Shown: positions 1 to 9,126 of the stretch, in pieces | Numbering within the stretch: position 1 is the stretch's first letter | How the letters are laid out: every line of letters begins with the position of its first letter | Source: a bacterium | GTDB lineage: Bacteria; Patescibacteriota; Dojkabacteria; SC72; JAFGCJ01 | Assembly (NCBI GenBank): GCA_043816465.1 | Contig: JBDRHV010000058.1 | Span: 1-27,186, forward strand | Direction of reading: 5' to 3' | DNA length: 27,186 nucleotides | Made by a program: the position numbers and the translations under genes | Notes under the pieces: model-generated | Seen by the model: the letters and a program-made list of their open reading frames with translations, nothing else | Databases searched by the model: none | What the model was told of the DNA's origin: nothing

Positions 1-1
1 G

Positions 2-499
2 AATACTGGAGATTATCCTTGGTACAACAGTGGTACTAGGGCAACCTATCTTGCAACATCAAATCCAAGAAGTCATAACAGTGATTTCTATAATCCAGAT
101 GGGTGGTCTAGCTTTTCGAGAGTTGTTACTCCGATAGAAGAAGTTGTAATGCCAGGTGAAAGTGCAACTTTTGAATTTGTAGGAAGAGCACCAGTTTTTC
201 CTGATACCTATACTGAAAAATTTGAACTAATAAGACTTCCCAAGAGTTGGGTCGAGGATACATTGGTAAGTATGACTGTAGTAATTTCCAAGGGAAATCT
301 TCAGCTCGTAGAAATAAAAGAAACTGGAACTGGATTCCTTACAGTCAGGGAGTGTGGACACCCAAATTGTAAACAGATAAGTGCTGTGGAAACAGGCTAT
401 ATAACAATACTTAAGTCAGAAAAAGTTGGGTGGTCTCAGATAGTGTACGACGGTGTAAATACAGGTTGGGTATTCGGTCAGTATGTAAAGAAGCTATAA
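2..499 (+). CDS. 5'-truncated putative surface protein: Ig-like (NBR1/FW-like) domain followed by a C-terminal bacterial SH3-like domain
   Basis: The frame is open from position 2 (NTGDYPWYNSG...), upstream of the track ATG at 149, to TAA 497-499. NTG..W and PGESATFEF look like an Ig-like beta sandwich; LTVR...GWSQI...GWVFGQYV matches the SH3b pattern. Confidence 0.6.
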   Translation, partial: NTGDYPWYNSGTRATYLATSNPRSHNSDFYNPDGWSSFSRVVTPIEEVVMPGESATFEFVGRAPVFPDTYTEKFELIRLPKSWVEDTLVSMTVVISKGNLQLVEIKETGTGFLTVRECGHPNCKQISAVETGYITILKSEKVGWSQIVYDGVNTGWVFGQYVKKL

Positions 500-506
500 T
501 CATCAA

Positions 507-2543
507 ATGTTAGACTCGCTAAATCAGCAGCAAAAAGAAGCTGTGCTTCATAAAAACGGTCCTCTTTTGATTTTTGCTGGTGCAGGCTCGGGAAAAACTC
601 GAGTGATAACCTTCCGTATTGCACGATTAATACTTGATAAAGTAGTACAGCCTGAGAATATTTTAGCTGTTACTTTCACCAGAAAAGCCGCTGGGGAGAT
701 GAAAGAGAGAGTTCAGAAGCTTCTTAAGGAAAGTTCAGAAAATTGGCACGGTAGACTTCCATTTATCGGTACTTTTCACTCTTTCGGTGCAAATTTTTTA
801 AGAAAAGAGGGAAGAATTGTTGGGCTACCATATGGGTTTTCGATATTTGATCCGGATGATGTTGTTCATCTGATTAAGCAGATAATGGATGAGAGAAATA
901 TCGATAAAAAACAGTTCAATCCCAACGTTATCTATACCCTTATTAGCTCCGCAAAAAACGAAAAGATTTCTCCTGAGGAATATCCGAATTTTGTCAGAGG
1001 ACCACTGGAAGATATTGTTGCAGAGATATATCCAGAATATGAAAAGAACTTGAGAAGTCAGAACGCTGTTGACTTTGATGATCTTCAGATTCTTCCTCTC
1101 AAAATTCTAGATGAAAACAAAGACATTAGGGAAAAATACCATAAAATGTACAAGTATGTATTGGTAGATGAGTACCAGGATACAAATATGATCCAGTACC
1201 AACTTATCAAACATCTTGTAAACGAAGATAAAAATATTTGTGTAGTAGGAGATGATGATCAGGGAATTTATTCTTGGAGAGGTGCCACGATAAAAAATAT
1301 TCTCAGCTTCGAAAAGGACTTTCCTGGAGCAAAAGTAATTAAGCTTGAGAAGAACTATCGTTCGACAAGGAATATTCTTCATGCTGCACATTCAGTAATC
1401 TCTCAAAATATTGAAAGAGCACAGAAAGATCTTTGGACAGATTCAGAACTTGGGGAAAAGATTGTACTTTACCAAGCGAGGGATGGCAGGGATGAAGCTG
1501 AATTTGTGGTAAGTAACATCATGGATATTCAAAGTAGTGGGGGAGGATTAAATGATATCGTAGTGCTTTACCGAACGAATGCACAATCAAGAGCTATTGA
1601 AGAAATTTTAATTAACAATGCTATCCCTTACAAATTAATTGGAGGGGTGAGATTTTACGAGAGAAGAGAAATTAAGGATATGCTTGCTTATCTTAGATTT
1701 CTTGCAAATCCTAAAGACGAGACTTCACTTGTGAGAATAATGAATGTTCCTACAAGAAAGATTGGGGAGAAGTCGCTCTCTGAAATGAAGTCATTTGCGA
1801 AAAAGTTTTCGGGTGGCAAATTCAAACTTGGAGAGTGTATGTTAATACTTTGGGCAGCAGAAAATAACGTGAAGAATATTGAAAAGTTTTTACCTGAATC
1901 AGTTGTTAAAAGTGATGTCATAGAAAATGCCAAGACTGATGACTCAAAAGATTTTTACGATAAATATAAGAAGGTGATAGATGTATTTGGTCAGCTTTAT
2001 GACATTTCGATAACGAGTGACGCTAGACATCTCATAGATGAAATCTTAGAACTGACGAAATATGAGACTTGGATAGACGATGGGACAGAGCAAGCTCAAT
2101 CGAGGAAAGAAAACCTCTATGAGTTGAAGGTTGTTGCAAACAGATATTCCAAGCTTGGACCTAAAGATTCAATGATGGAGTTTCTGTCGGACGTTGCACT
2201 TGTCGAGCAGGACAGCAAAGACGATGGTGGTCAGTATGGGGACGAGATGGTGACGCTAATGACCCTCCATTCCGCAAAGGGTTTGGAGTTTGAGATGGTA
2301 TTTATGATTGGTATGGAAGAGGGTCTATTTCCTCACATTCGATCTTTCACCAGTCCTTCAGAATTGGAAGAGGAAAGAAGACTTTGTTATGTGGGAATTA
2401 CAAGGGCGAAAAAGAGATTATTTCTTACCTATGCTGAGAATAGAAGTACGTACGGTGGATTTGGAGAAAGAATCCCATCCAGGTTTATTGCTGAGGTACC
2501 ACCAGATCTTGTGGATTTTTGTTCAAGTGATGGGGGATATTAA
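507..2543 (+). CDS. pcrA: ATP-dependent DNA helicase PcrA/UvrD (SF1A)
   Basis: LNQQQKEAV (Q motif), AGAGSGKT (Walker A), VDEYQD (Walker B), VGDDDQGIYSWRGA, NYRST, TLHSAKGLEF, EERRLCYVGITRA. Confidence 0.95.
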   Translation: MLDSLNQQQKEAVLHKNGPLLIFAGAGSGKTRVITFRIARLILDKVVQPENILAVTFTRKAAGEMKERVQKLLKESSENWHGRLPFIGTFHSFGANFLRKEGRIVGLPYGFSIFDPDDVVHLIKQIMDERNIDKKQFNPNVIYTLISSAKNEKISPEEYPNFVRGPLEDIVAEIYPEYEKNLRSQNAVDFDDLQILPLKILDENKDIREKYHKMYKYVLVDEYQDTNMIQYQLIKHLVNEDKNICVVGDDDQGIYSWRGATIKNILSFEKDFPGAKVIKLEKNYRSTRNILHAAHSVISQNIERAQKDLWTDSELGEKIVLYQARDGRDEAEFVVSNIMDIQSSGGGLNDIVVLYRTNAQSRAIEEILINNAIPYKLIGGVRFYERREIKDMLAYLRFLANPKDETSLVRIMNVPTRKIGEKSLSEMKSFAKKFSGGKFKLGECMLILWAAENNVKNIEKFLPESVVKSDVIENAKTDDSKDFYDKYKKVIDVFGQLYDISITSDARHLIDEILELTKYETWIDDGTEQAQSRKENLYELKVVANRYSKLGPKDSMMEFLSDVALVEQDSKDDGGQYGDEMVTLMTLHSAKGLEFEMVFMIGMEEGLFPHIRSFTSPSELEEERRLCYVGITRAKKRLFLTYAENRSTYGGFGERIPSRFIAEVPPDLVDFCSSDGGY

Positions 2544-3478
2544 TCCAGTACGTACACATCTACATAACTTCCATAACTGACTTTTCCATACCAGTCTTCT
2601 ATCTTATCAAAACCAAGATCGATTCTATTTCCTTTGACCGCTCCTCCAATATCTTCAGCGCGAGCGCTTCCATATCCTGGCACATACAGATGTGTGCCAA
2701 GTGGGATTACTGTAGGATCTACTGCTACCATCCCTTTTTCAAGGATTTTTCCTGTGTATGTGTGACCGGTACATCCTGTACAGTATCTGTCGTATGATGT
2801 TGCCCTCATTCCTTCTATTACCCTCCAGTATGTAATTTCTACTCCGCCGATTACAGTAGTTTTATAAACCTTCTTTGTCCCGATTGATACAATCTCGTTT
2901 TCTGAAGGCAACGTAATAATTTCATTAACCAATTTCTTTCCCATGAGAAGATCGTTGATATAAAGGTATTCATAAACCATTTTTTTCTGTCCAATTACCC
3001 CAGGTTTTGTGACACTCCTTACTCCCCATTCAAGGTTATCATCCTTCCTTTCTTCAGTTTCAAAAGAAATATACTCGTACTCTGTGTGGTTTTTTCTTAC
3101 AACTTCATCGACCCTTATTGAGGTGAAAACTCCCAGAATATAGTTTCCGTCTGGGTGTAGTTGGGTAATACTAGAAATTTCTATTCCAAAATCTCTGACT
3201 GCTTCCTCTACGGTATTAGAATATGTTATTCCTTTATACAGACTATCTTTATATCTAATCTCTACACTTTTGGGTTTGAAAATAGAGGTAGCTTTTGGCC
3301 TATTGGGAATCACATTTACTATTGTTACGTCATTCTCTATCCCTAGAACTCTTCCTTCTGTAGGGGATTGAGCAAGTGCAAATTTGGATAAACCACCTGA
3401 TGCAAGTAAGCTTAATCCAACAGCAGAAAATAGGGTAAAAACTCTTCTGAATAATCTTCCTTTTTGCTTCGAACCCAT
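2540..3478 (-). CDS. YabE-like exported cell-wall protein: signal/TM segment, DUF348-like repeat, G5 domain and C-terminal 3D (MltA-like) domain
   Basis: Hydrophobic N-terminus; G5-like EERKDDNLEWG..VTKPGVIG..K...EIVSIGTK; 3D signature RATSY...VAVDPTVIPLGT.LYVPGYG.ARAEDIGGAVKGNRIDL. Confidence 0.85.
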   Translation of the reverse strand: MGSKQKGRLFRRVFTLFSAVGLSLLASGGLSKFALAQSPTEGRVLGIENDVTIVNVIPNRPKATSIFKPKSVEIRYKDSLYKGITYSNTVEEAVRDFGIEISSITQLHPDGNYILGVFTSIRVDEVVRKNHTEYEYISFETEERKDDNLEWGVRSVTKPGVIGQKKMVYEYLYINDLLMGKKLVNEIITLPSENEIVSIGTKKVYKTTVIGGVEITYWRVIEGMRATSYDRYCTGCTGHTYTGKILEKGMVAVDPTVIPLGTHLYVPGYGSARAEDIGGAVKGNRIDLGFDKIEDWYGKVSYGSYVDVYVLD

Positions 3479-3517
3479 TGGGAAATGGGGAAAAATTAAG
3501 CCATTTTAGGCAAGCAC

Positions 3518-3546
3518 AGTATAATTAATCTGACTGGTTAATTCAA
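3518..3546 (-). promoter_or_regulatory. sigma70-type promoter for the G5/3D gene
   Basis: Minus strand TTGAAT (3541-3546), 17 nt spacer, TATACT (3518-3523), about 40 nt upstream of the ATG at 3478. Confidence 0.65.
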
Positions 3547-3561
3547 TTTTAGTGTAGAGCT

Positions 3562-3668
3562 TGGGACCCCGCTACCTTTTCAATATTGAATAATTTAATC
3601 TATTAATACAACCCATTATTTTTTTATACTATTTTTGTTATTTCAGCCGAGAAGGTAGCGGGGTCCCA
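3562..3668. repeat. Perfect 17-bp GC-rich inverted repeat with a 73-nt AT-rich spacer
   Basis: TGGGACCCCGCTACCTT (3562-3578) is the exact reverse complement of AAGGTAGCGGGGTCCCA (3652-3668). Confidence 0.95.
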
Positions 3669-3755
3669 CAATTATACCGACTCATTATTAGAATTTGTCG
3701 ACAATTGTGTGATTTGACATTAATTCCTTTATTTTTAATGATATAGATTAGCACG

Positions 3756-3761
3756 TATAAT
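3756..3761 (+). promoter_or_regulatory. Possible -10 box for the TPR gene (very short leader)
   Basis: Perfect TATAAT 11 nt upstream of ATG 3773. No well-spaced -35: TTGACA at 3714-3719 is too far from this box. Confidence 0.35.
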
Positions 3762-3772
3762 TCTACTGCCAT

Positions 3773-5242
3773 ATGAAAAATAAGAAAATCGTGAAGTACA
3801 TATTGATAGGACTAGGTGTTCTGACTGTTTTGGGTCTGATTTACTATTTTCTAATTTTTCTTCCTAATCAGAGCAATATAAAAGAAGCTTCAGTATTAAT
3901 AAATGAAGCAGAGGAATTCATTGAGAATGGAAATTATTTTTCTGCGGTAGAAAAGTATCAAGAAGCAAGTGAGATTGATGGTAGAAGTACAGATGCATAT
4001 GTAGGTCTTGCTGAGATATATCTCTTAAAGAATAGGCAAGATAATGCGATTGATATTCTTCAGATTGGAATTAACAAGGCAAGAAACTCGAGTAGGGTTA
4101 ATCAGGTACTTGGTAGGATTTATCTATCTGAAGGAGATTATAGTAAAGCAATATACTTTCTGAAAAAATCGGTGAGCAGTGACAAAAACAATGATGATGC
4201 AAAGTTTTTGCTGGCTCAAGCATATGTAGGGACTGGAGATTTAGATCAATCTGAGTCTGTGCTTGATGTTTCAGATAATGACAAAAACCTTTATGCCAAG
4301 GCAAAGCTATTGAATGCAATGCTCATTGGGGAAGATACCAAGCATGCAAAGGGATTGTTAGATGACATAAATAGTTCTGATTTGGATGATGAAGTTGCTG
4401 ATCAAGTGGAATTTTTTAACGAGGTTTTGGATTATATTGATTCTTTGGATGATGATATCAAGACGGATGTGTATGTATCGGTTATGATTTCTAGGGCTGC
4501 TTTGTATTCAGGATATCCTGATCTTGTGATAGGTCTTTTGAGTGAATATGTTGAGGAATATGACTTGTATTGGGAGCTCAATCTTTATCTAGGACATGCA
4601 TATTTACTCAAATACGATTATGAGAATGCACTTGTGTACTTATCACAGGCGTACCTTCTTGAAAGTGATTTATCAATAAGTGCAAGACTTTTAGCCAGGG
4701 CATATCTTGGAGATGATAATGTAAGCGATACAATAAAGTACTACGAAAAAGCAATAAATTTGGCTAAGAACCAAAACAAGGTAGATACTCGGCTTGAGTA
4801 TTTTGAAGTACTGATAGAAAAGGAACAATACGTAAGGGCGGAGGAGCAGTTAGATTTACTTCTATTGGTTGATGATATAGATACAGATACGCTTTTGATT
4901 CAATGGGGAGATTCTCTTCTTGATCGGGAACTGTATTCTCAGTTGGAGGAGAATATGGAGAAAATAAAAATAAACAATCTTGATGATGATTTGAAAGCAG
5001 AGTACTACTACCTTGAAGCGGGTGTGTCTTTGGGACAGGCCAGCTGGGATGATGCAACTGAAGCGATTGAAAAAGCGATTGAAATCGATGATAAGATGGC
5101 GAAATATCATCTACTTTATGGTAGAATCCTTTATCAGTCAGGTGTTGATATTCAGGCAAAAGTTGAGCTAGAGAGATCTGTAGAGTTAGACCTTGAGGGT
5201 GAGGTTTCTACAGAAGCTCAGAAAGTTTTGGACAGAATATAG
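3773..5242 (+). CDS. Membrane-anchored tetratricopeptide-repeat (TPR) protein
   Basis: Basic N-terminus plus TM helix (YILIGLGVLTVLGLIYYFLIFL); repeated TPR patterns (AYVGLAEIYL...A..ILQ.GI, LGRIYL..GDYSKAIYFLKKS, LGHAYL...DYENAL.YL..A); acidic composition. Confidence 0.85.
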   Translation: MKNKKIVKYILIGLGVLTVLGLIYYFLIFLPNQSNIKEASVLINEAEEFIENGNYFSAVEKYQEASEIDGRSTDAYVGLAEIYLLKNRQDNAIDILQIGINKARNSSRVNQVLGRIYLSEGDYSKAIYFLKKSVSSDKNNDDAKFLLAQAYVGTGDLDQSESVLDVSDNDKNLYAKAKLLNAMLIGEDTKHAKGLLDDINSSDLDDEVADQVEFFNEVLDYIDSLDDDIKTDVYVSVMISRAALYSGYPDLVIGLLSEYVEEYDLYWELNLYLGHAYLLKYDYENALVYLSQAYLLESDLSISARLLARAYLGDDNVSDTIKYYEKAINLAKNQNKVDTRLEYFEVLIEKEQYVRAEEQLDLLLLVDDIDTDTLLIQWGDSLLDRELYSQLEENMEKIKINNLDDDLKAEYYYLEAGVSLGQASWDDATEAIEKAIEIDDKMAKYHLLYGRILYQSGVDIQAKVELERSVELDLEGEVSTEAQKVLDRI

Positions 5243-5283
5243 AGAATTGTATATCAGGAAAGGAATATAATTCTATATATGTC

Positions 5284-5312
5284 TTGGCAGGATATGAAAG
5301 TTTGTATATAAT
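5284..5312 (+). promoter_or_regulatory. sigma70-type promoter for fusA
   Basis: TTGGCA (5284-5289), 17 nt spacer, TATAAT (5307-5312), 30 nt upstream of the ATG. Confidence 0.7.
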
Positions 5313-5342
5313 CCTCAAGTTTCATTTTTGAATTAAGTCATT

Positions 5343-7454
5343 ATGGCTAAAGGCGAAAACATAAAGTTCGATCTGGATAAAATCAGAAACATCGGAATTA
5401 TCGCTCATATAGATGCAGGAAAGACCACTACTACAGAGTCTGTCCTTTTTCATACAGGCAAAACTCACAAAATAGGAAATATTAATTCTGGTACTACCCA
5501 GATGGACTGGATGGAACAGGAGAGAGAAAGAGGCATAACTATTCAATCTGCAGCAACCACTTGTTATTGGACATTGGATGGAGTGAAATACAGAATAAAC
5601 ATTATTGATACCCCCGGTCACGTGGATTTTACAGCGGAGGTAGAGAGATCACTTAGGGTACTTGATGGTGCAGTCGTTATATTTGACGGAAAGATGGGAG
5701 TTGAGCCTCAATCTGAGACAGTTTGGAGACAGGCAGATAAGTATCATGTACCTAGAATCTGTTTTGTCAATAAGTTGAACCTTGTTGGTGGAGATTTTCA
5801 GATGGCTCTCGATTCAATCAGAGATAGATTGAACAAAAGGGCATATGTGGTACAGATTCCCTTAGGTTTTGAGAAAGGAATACATGGAATCATAGATATT
5901 GTTGAGAGAAAGGCTTTCCAATACGATCCCACAGGTACCGATGAAAAACTTGAGGAGATAGATGTTCCTGAGGAGTACAAAGAGAAGGTTGAATCATATA
6001 GAACTGAATTAATTGAGGGAATTGCGGAATATGATGATGATTTTATGCAGAAGTATCTTGATGGGGAGGAAGTTAGTGTAGAGGAGATTTGGAAGGTATT
6101 AAGGAAGGCAGTATTGAGCGGTCATTTCTTTCCGGTATCAGGTGGAGACTCAAGAAAAGGAAATGTCGTTCCCAAAATATTGGATCTTGTAGTTAGATTA
6201 CTTCCTTCACCTGCAGATATTACCGAGGTTGAAGGGATGGATGTTGATGATCCAGAGAAGAAGGTCAAGATTAAATGCTCAGATGATGAGCCATTTACAG
6301 GTCTTGTTTTCAAGATTGCTACAGACCCCCATATCGGAAGTCTTGCATATGTAAGAGTTTATTCTGGACAGCTTGGAGCAGGTACTTATGTAATAAACTC
6401 AACTAATGGAGTAAAGGAAAGAGTTGGAAGGCTGGTGCTTATGCATGCAAATGATAGAGAAGAGGTTGAAGGTGTAAGGACTGGTGATATAGCTGCAATT
6501 GTTGGTTTAAAGGCATCTACTACAGGAGATACTCTTTGTGATCCAAGTAGGCCATTACTTCTTGAAAAGATTCATTTCCCTGATCCTGTTGTGAATGTAG
6601 CAGTAGAGCCTAAATCTACTTCAGACCAGGAAAAGATGGGAGTTGCGCTTAAGAGGCTTGCGGATGAAGATCCTACATTCAAAGTTTCAGTAAATCAGGA
6701 GACTGGTCAGACCATTATCGCCGGAATGGGGGAGCTTCATCTTGAGATTATTGTTGACAGAATGAGGAGGGAATTCAATGTTGAGGCAAGTGTTGGTCAA
6801 CCTCAGGTAGCATACAAAGAGACAATCCAGTCTACAGTTGAAATTGAAGGTAAATACGTTCATCAGTCAGGTGGTCGAGGTCAGTATGGTCATTGTTGGC
6901 TTAGACTTGAGCCACAGAAAGCTGGTGATGGATTTCAGTTTGTGGATGAACTTAGAGGTGGGTCAATTCCAAAAGAGTATGTCCCTGCGATTAGAAAAGG
7001 AGTTGAAGAGGCTATGCTTTCTGGAGTTATTGCTGGATACCCTGTTGTTGATGTTAAGGTGGCTGTATACGATGGTTCTTATCATGATGTGGACTCATCC
7101 GAGGCTGCTTTTAAGATTGCGGGTGCTCAGGCATTCAGAGCTGGTGCTCAAAATGCCGATCCAGTAGTACTTGAGCCAATAATGGACGTTGAAGTTACAC
7201 TTCCAGAACAATACCTGGGTGACGTAACTGGTCATCTTAGTAGTAAAAGGGGTAGAATCGAGGGCACAGAGGTAAGAGGCGATCTTCAAGTAATTAAGGC
7301 AAAAGTACCTCTTGCAGAGTTGTTTGGATTCACAAATAATTTGAGATCCATGACCTCTGGAAGGGGAACACCAAATATTGAATTTTCGCATTATGACAAG
7401 GTTCCTAAGAATATTATGCAAGAGATGGCAATCAAATCTGGAGCCGAAGAGTAA
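5343..7454 (+). CDS. fusA: Elongation factor G
   Basis: AHIDAGKTT, ERERGITI, DTPGHVDF, GMGELHLEI, HQSGGRGQYGHC, DGSYHDVDSSEAAF, LEPIM; 703 aa. Confidence 0.98.
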   Translation: MAKGENIKFDLDKIRNIGIIAHIDAGKTTTTESVLFHTGKTHKIGNINSGTTQMDWMEQERERGITIQSAATTCYWTLDGVKYRINIIDTPGHVDFTAEVERSLRVLDGAVVIFDGKMGVEPQSETVWRQADKYHVPRICFVNKLNLVGGDFQMALDSIRDRLNKRAYVVQIPLGFEKGIHGIIDIVERKAFQYDPTGTDEKLEEIDVPEEYKEKVESYRTELIEGIAEYDDDFMQKYLDGEEVSVEEIWKVLRKAVLSGHFFPVSGGDSRKGNVVPKILDLVVRLLPSPADITEVEGMDVDDPEKKVKIKCSDDEPFTGLVFKIATDPHIGSLAYVRVYSGQLGAGTYVINSTNGVKERVGRLVLMHANDREEVEGVRTGDIAAIVGLKASTTGDTLCDPSRPLLLEKIHFPDPVVNVAVEPKSTSDQEKMGVALKRLADEDPTFKVSVNQETGQTIIAGMGELHLEIIVDRMRREFNVEASVGQPQVAYKETIQSTVEIEGKYVHQSGGRGQYGHCWLRLEPQKAGDGFQFVDELRGGSIPKEYVPAIRKGVEEAMLSGVIAGYPVVDVKVAVYDGSYHDVDSSEAAFKIAGAQAFRAGAQNADPVVLEPIMDVEVTLPEQYLGDVTGHLSSKRGRIEGTEVRGDLQVIKAKVPLAELFGFTNNLRSMTSGRGTPNIEFSHYDKVPKNIMQEMAIKSGAEE

Positions 7455-7483
7455 TAGCTGATAAGTTTGACTTAAAGGCTTTC

Positions 7484-7512
7484 TTGAAAGATATTATTGT
7501 TTTTGGTAATAT
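7484..7512 (+). promoter_or_regulatory. Internal promoter upstream of tuf
   Basis: TTGAAA (7484-7489), 17 nt spacer, extended -10 TG-G-TAATAT (7504-7512). Confidence 0.6.
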
Positions 7513-7563
7513 ACGCAGCGTCACAAAGAATTTATTAAATAATAATTTTTTAATATTAATAAA

Positions 7564-8736
7564 ATGGCAGAGACGAAATTTGATAGATCAAAGCCTCACT
7601 TAAATATTGGCACGATTGGCCATGTTGATCATGGAAAGACCACTTTAGTGAAAGGAATTTTGAAAACATTTGCTGGCGATGAAGCAGCTAAATGGATTGA
7701 AAAGCTTGATAAATCACCAGAGTCAAGATCAAAGAGTCTTACAATTTCTGTTGCACACGTAGAGTATTCAACAGATAACAGACATTATGCACATGTTGAT
7801 TGTCCAGGTCATAAAGACTATGTGAAGAATATGATTACAGGTGCTGCACAGATGGATGGTGCAATCTTGGTAGTCAGCTCAGCAGACGGTCCAATGCCTC
7901 AGTCAAAGGAGCATGTACTTCTTGCTAAGCAGGTTGGAGTTCCAAAGATTGTAGTATTCATCAACAAATTTGGTGATGCAGATGATGAGATTATCGAACT
8001 TATTAAGGCTGAAATTAAAGAGATTCTAAAGAAATATGAATACGATGAGAATTGTCCAATTATTGTAGGAGACGCTAAGGCTGCTGAAGATGGAAAACCA
8101 GAAGGAATTGAGTCAATAAAAGAACTTATGAAGGCAGTAGATGAATATATCCCATTGCCAGAAAGAGATATCGAAAAAGACTTCTTAATGCCAATTGAAG
8201 ACGTATTCTCAATCGAAGGAAGAGGTACCGTTGCTACAGGTAGAATTGAAAGAGGAAAGATAAAGGTTGGTGAGTCAGTCGATATTCTCGGATTGGGCAA
8301 AGACACAAAGTCTACTATCACAGGTGTTGAGATGTTCAATAAGACACTTGATGAAGGTATGGCAGGTGATAACGTTGGACTTCTTCTTCGAGGACTCAAG
8401 AGAGAAGATGTTGAAAGAGGTCAGTCTATTGTTAAGCCAGGTAGTACACAGATTCACACGGAATTTAAGGCTCAGGTATACGTATTAAATAAGGATGAAG
8501 GTGGAAGACATACACCATTTGTTAATGGTTATAAACCACAATTCTTCATCAGAATGGCAGATGTTACTGGTGAGGTAAATCTACCAGAAGGTACAGAGAT
8601 GGTTATGCCAGGTGATGATACAGAGTTCTCATGCAAGTTGATCGTTCCAGTCGTTGTAGAAAAGGGAATGAGATTTGCACTCAGAGAAGGTGGAATGACA
8701 GTTGGAGCCGGTATTGTTACCGAGATCATTAAGTAA
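7564..8736 (+). CDS. tuf: Elongation factor Tu (divergent)
   Basis: [88 protein letters not shown]. Confidence 0.98.
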   Translation: MAETKFDRSKPHLNIGTIGHVDHGKTTLVKGILKTFAGDEAAKWIEKLDKSPESRSKSLTISVAHVEYSTDNRHYAHVDCPGHKDYVKNMITGAAQMDGAILVVSSADGPMPQSKEHVLLAKQVGVPKIVVFINKFGDADDEIIELIKAEIKEILKKYEYDENCPIIVGDAKAAEDGKPEGIESIKELMKAVDEYIPLPERDIEKDFLMPIEDVFSIEGRGTVATGRIERGKIKVGESVDILGLGKDTKSTITGVEMFNKTLDEGMAGDNVGLLLRGLKREDVERGQSIVKPGSTQIHTEFKAQVYVLNKDEGGRHTPFVNGYKPQFFIRMADVTGEVNLPEGTEMVMPGDDTEFSCKLIVPVVVEKGMRFALREGGMTVGAGIVTEIIK

Positions 8737-8743
8737 ATGAAGT

Positions 8744-8769
8744 GGGAGAGAAATCTCCCCTTTGATTTT
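8744..8769 (+). terminator. Putative intrinsic terminator or attenuator after tuf
   Basis: Stem GGGAGA / TCTCCC with a GAAA (GNRA) tetraloop, followed by a T-rich tract (CTTTGATTTT). Confidence 0.6.
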
Positions 8770-8794
8770 AAGTAATTTTTAGCTCTTTATTGAA

Positions 8795-9106
8795 ATGGTA
8801 GGAAAAACACCAACAATTAGGGTAAAACTAAAGGGTTACGATTCTAGGGTTGTTGATCGCTCTGCTAAAAGTATAATAGAGACAGCCGTAAGAACTGGAG
8901 CAAAAGTCTCCGGTCCTATCCCTTTGCCTACTAGAATTCAACGTTATGCGGTCAATCGATCTCCTCATGTATACAAAAGATCGATGGAACATTTCGAGAT
9001 TAGGACCCATAAACGATTGATAGATATTCTTGAGCCTACGGCTCAGACAATTGACGCTCTACAGCATTTGCAGGTTCCTGCGGGTGTTGGAATTGAGATA
9101 ATGTAG
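8795..9106 (+). CDS. rpsJ: 30S ribosomal protein S10 (uS10)
   Basis: [47 protein letters not shown]. Confidence 0.97.
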   Translation: MVGKTPTIRVKLKGYDSRVVDRSAKSIIETAVRTGAKVSGPIPLPTRIQRYAVNRSPHVYKRSMEHFEIRTHKRLIDILEPTAQTIDALQHLQVPAGVGIEIM

Positions 9107-9126
9107 TTTATCTTTCAGTTATATTG

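Noticed and set aside
3479-3700. c-di-AMP (ydaO) riboswitch upstream of the 3D-domain gene
   Set aside because: Only a short GCTGAA-like match; the characteristic ydaO segments are missing and the region lies upstream of the predicted promoter.
5343-5357. ATGGCT AAA GGCGAA at the fusA start, resembling an element half
   Set aside because: No complementary arm and no second half; explained by ordinary codons (MAKGE).
7531-7563. 8-bp inverted repeat (TTTATTAA / TTAATAAA) just before the tuf ATG
   Set aside because: AT-only and weak, and expected by chance in a very AT-rich leader.
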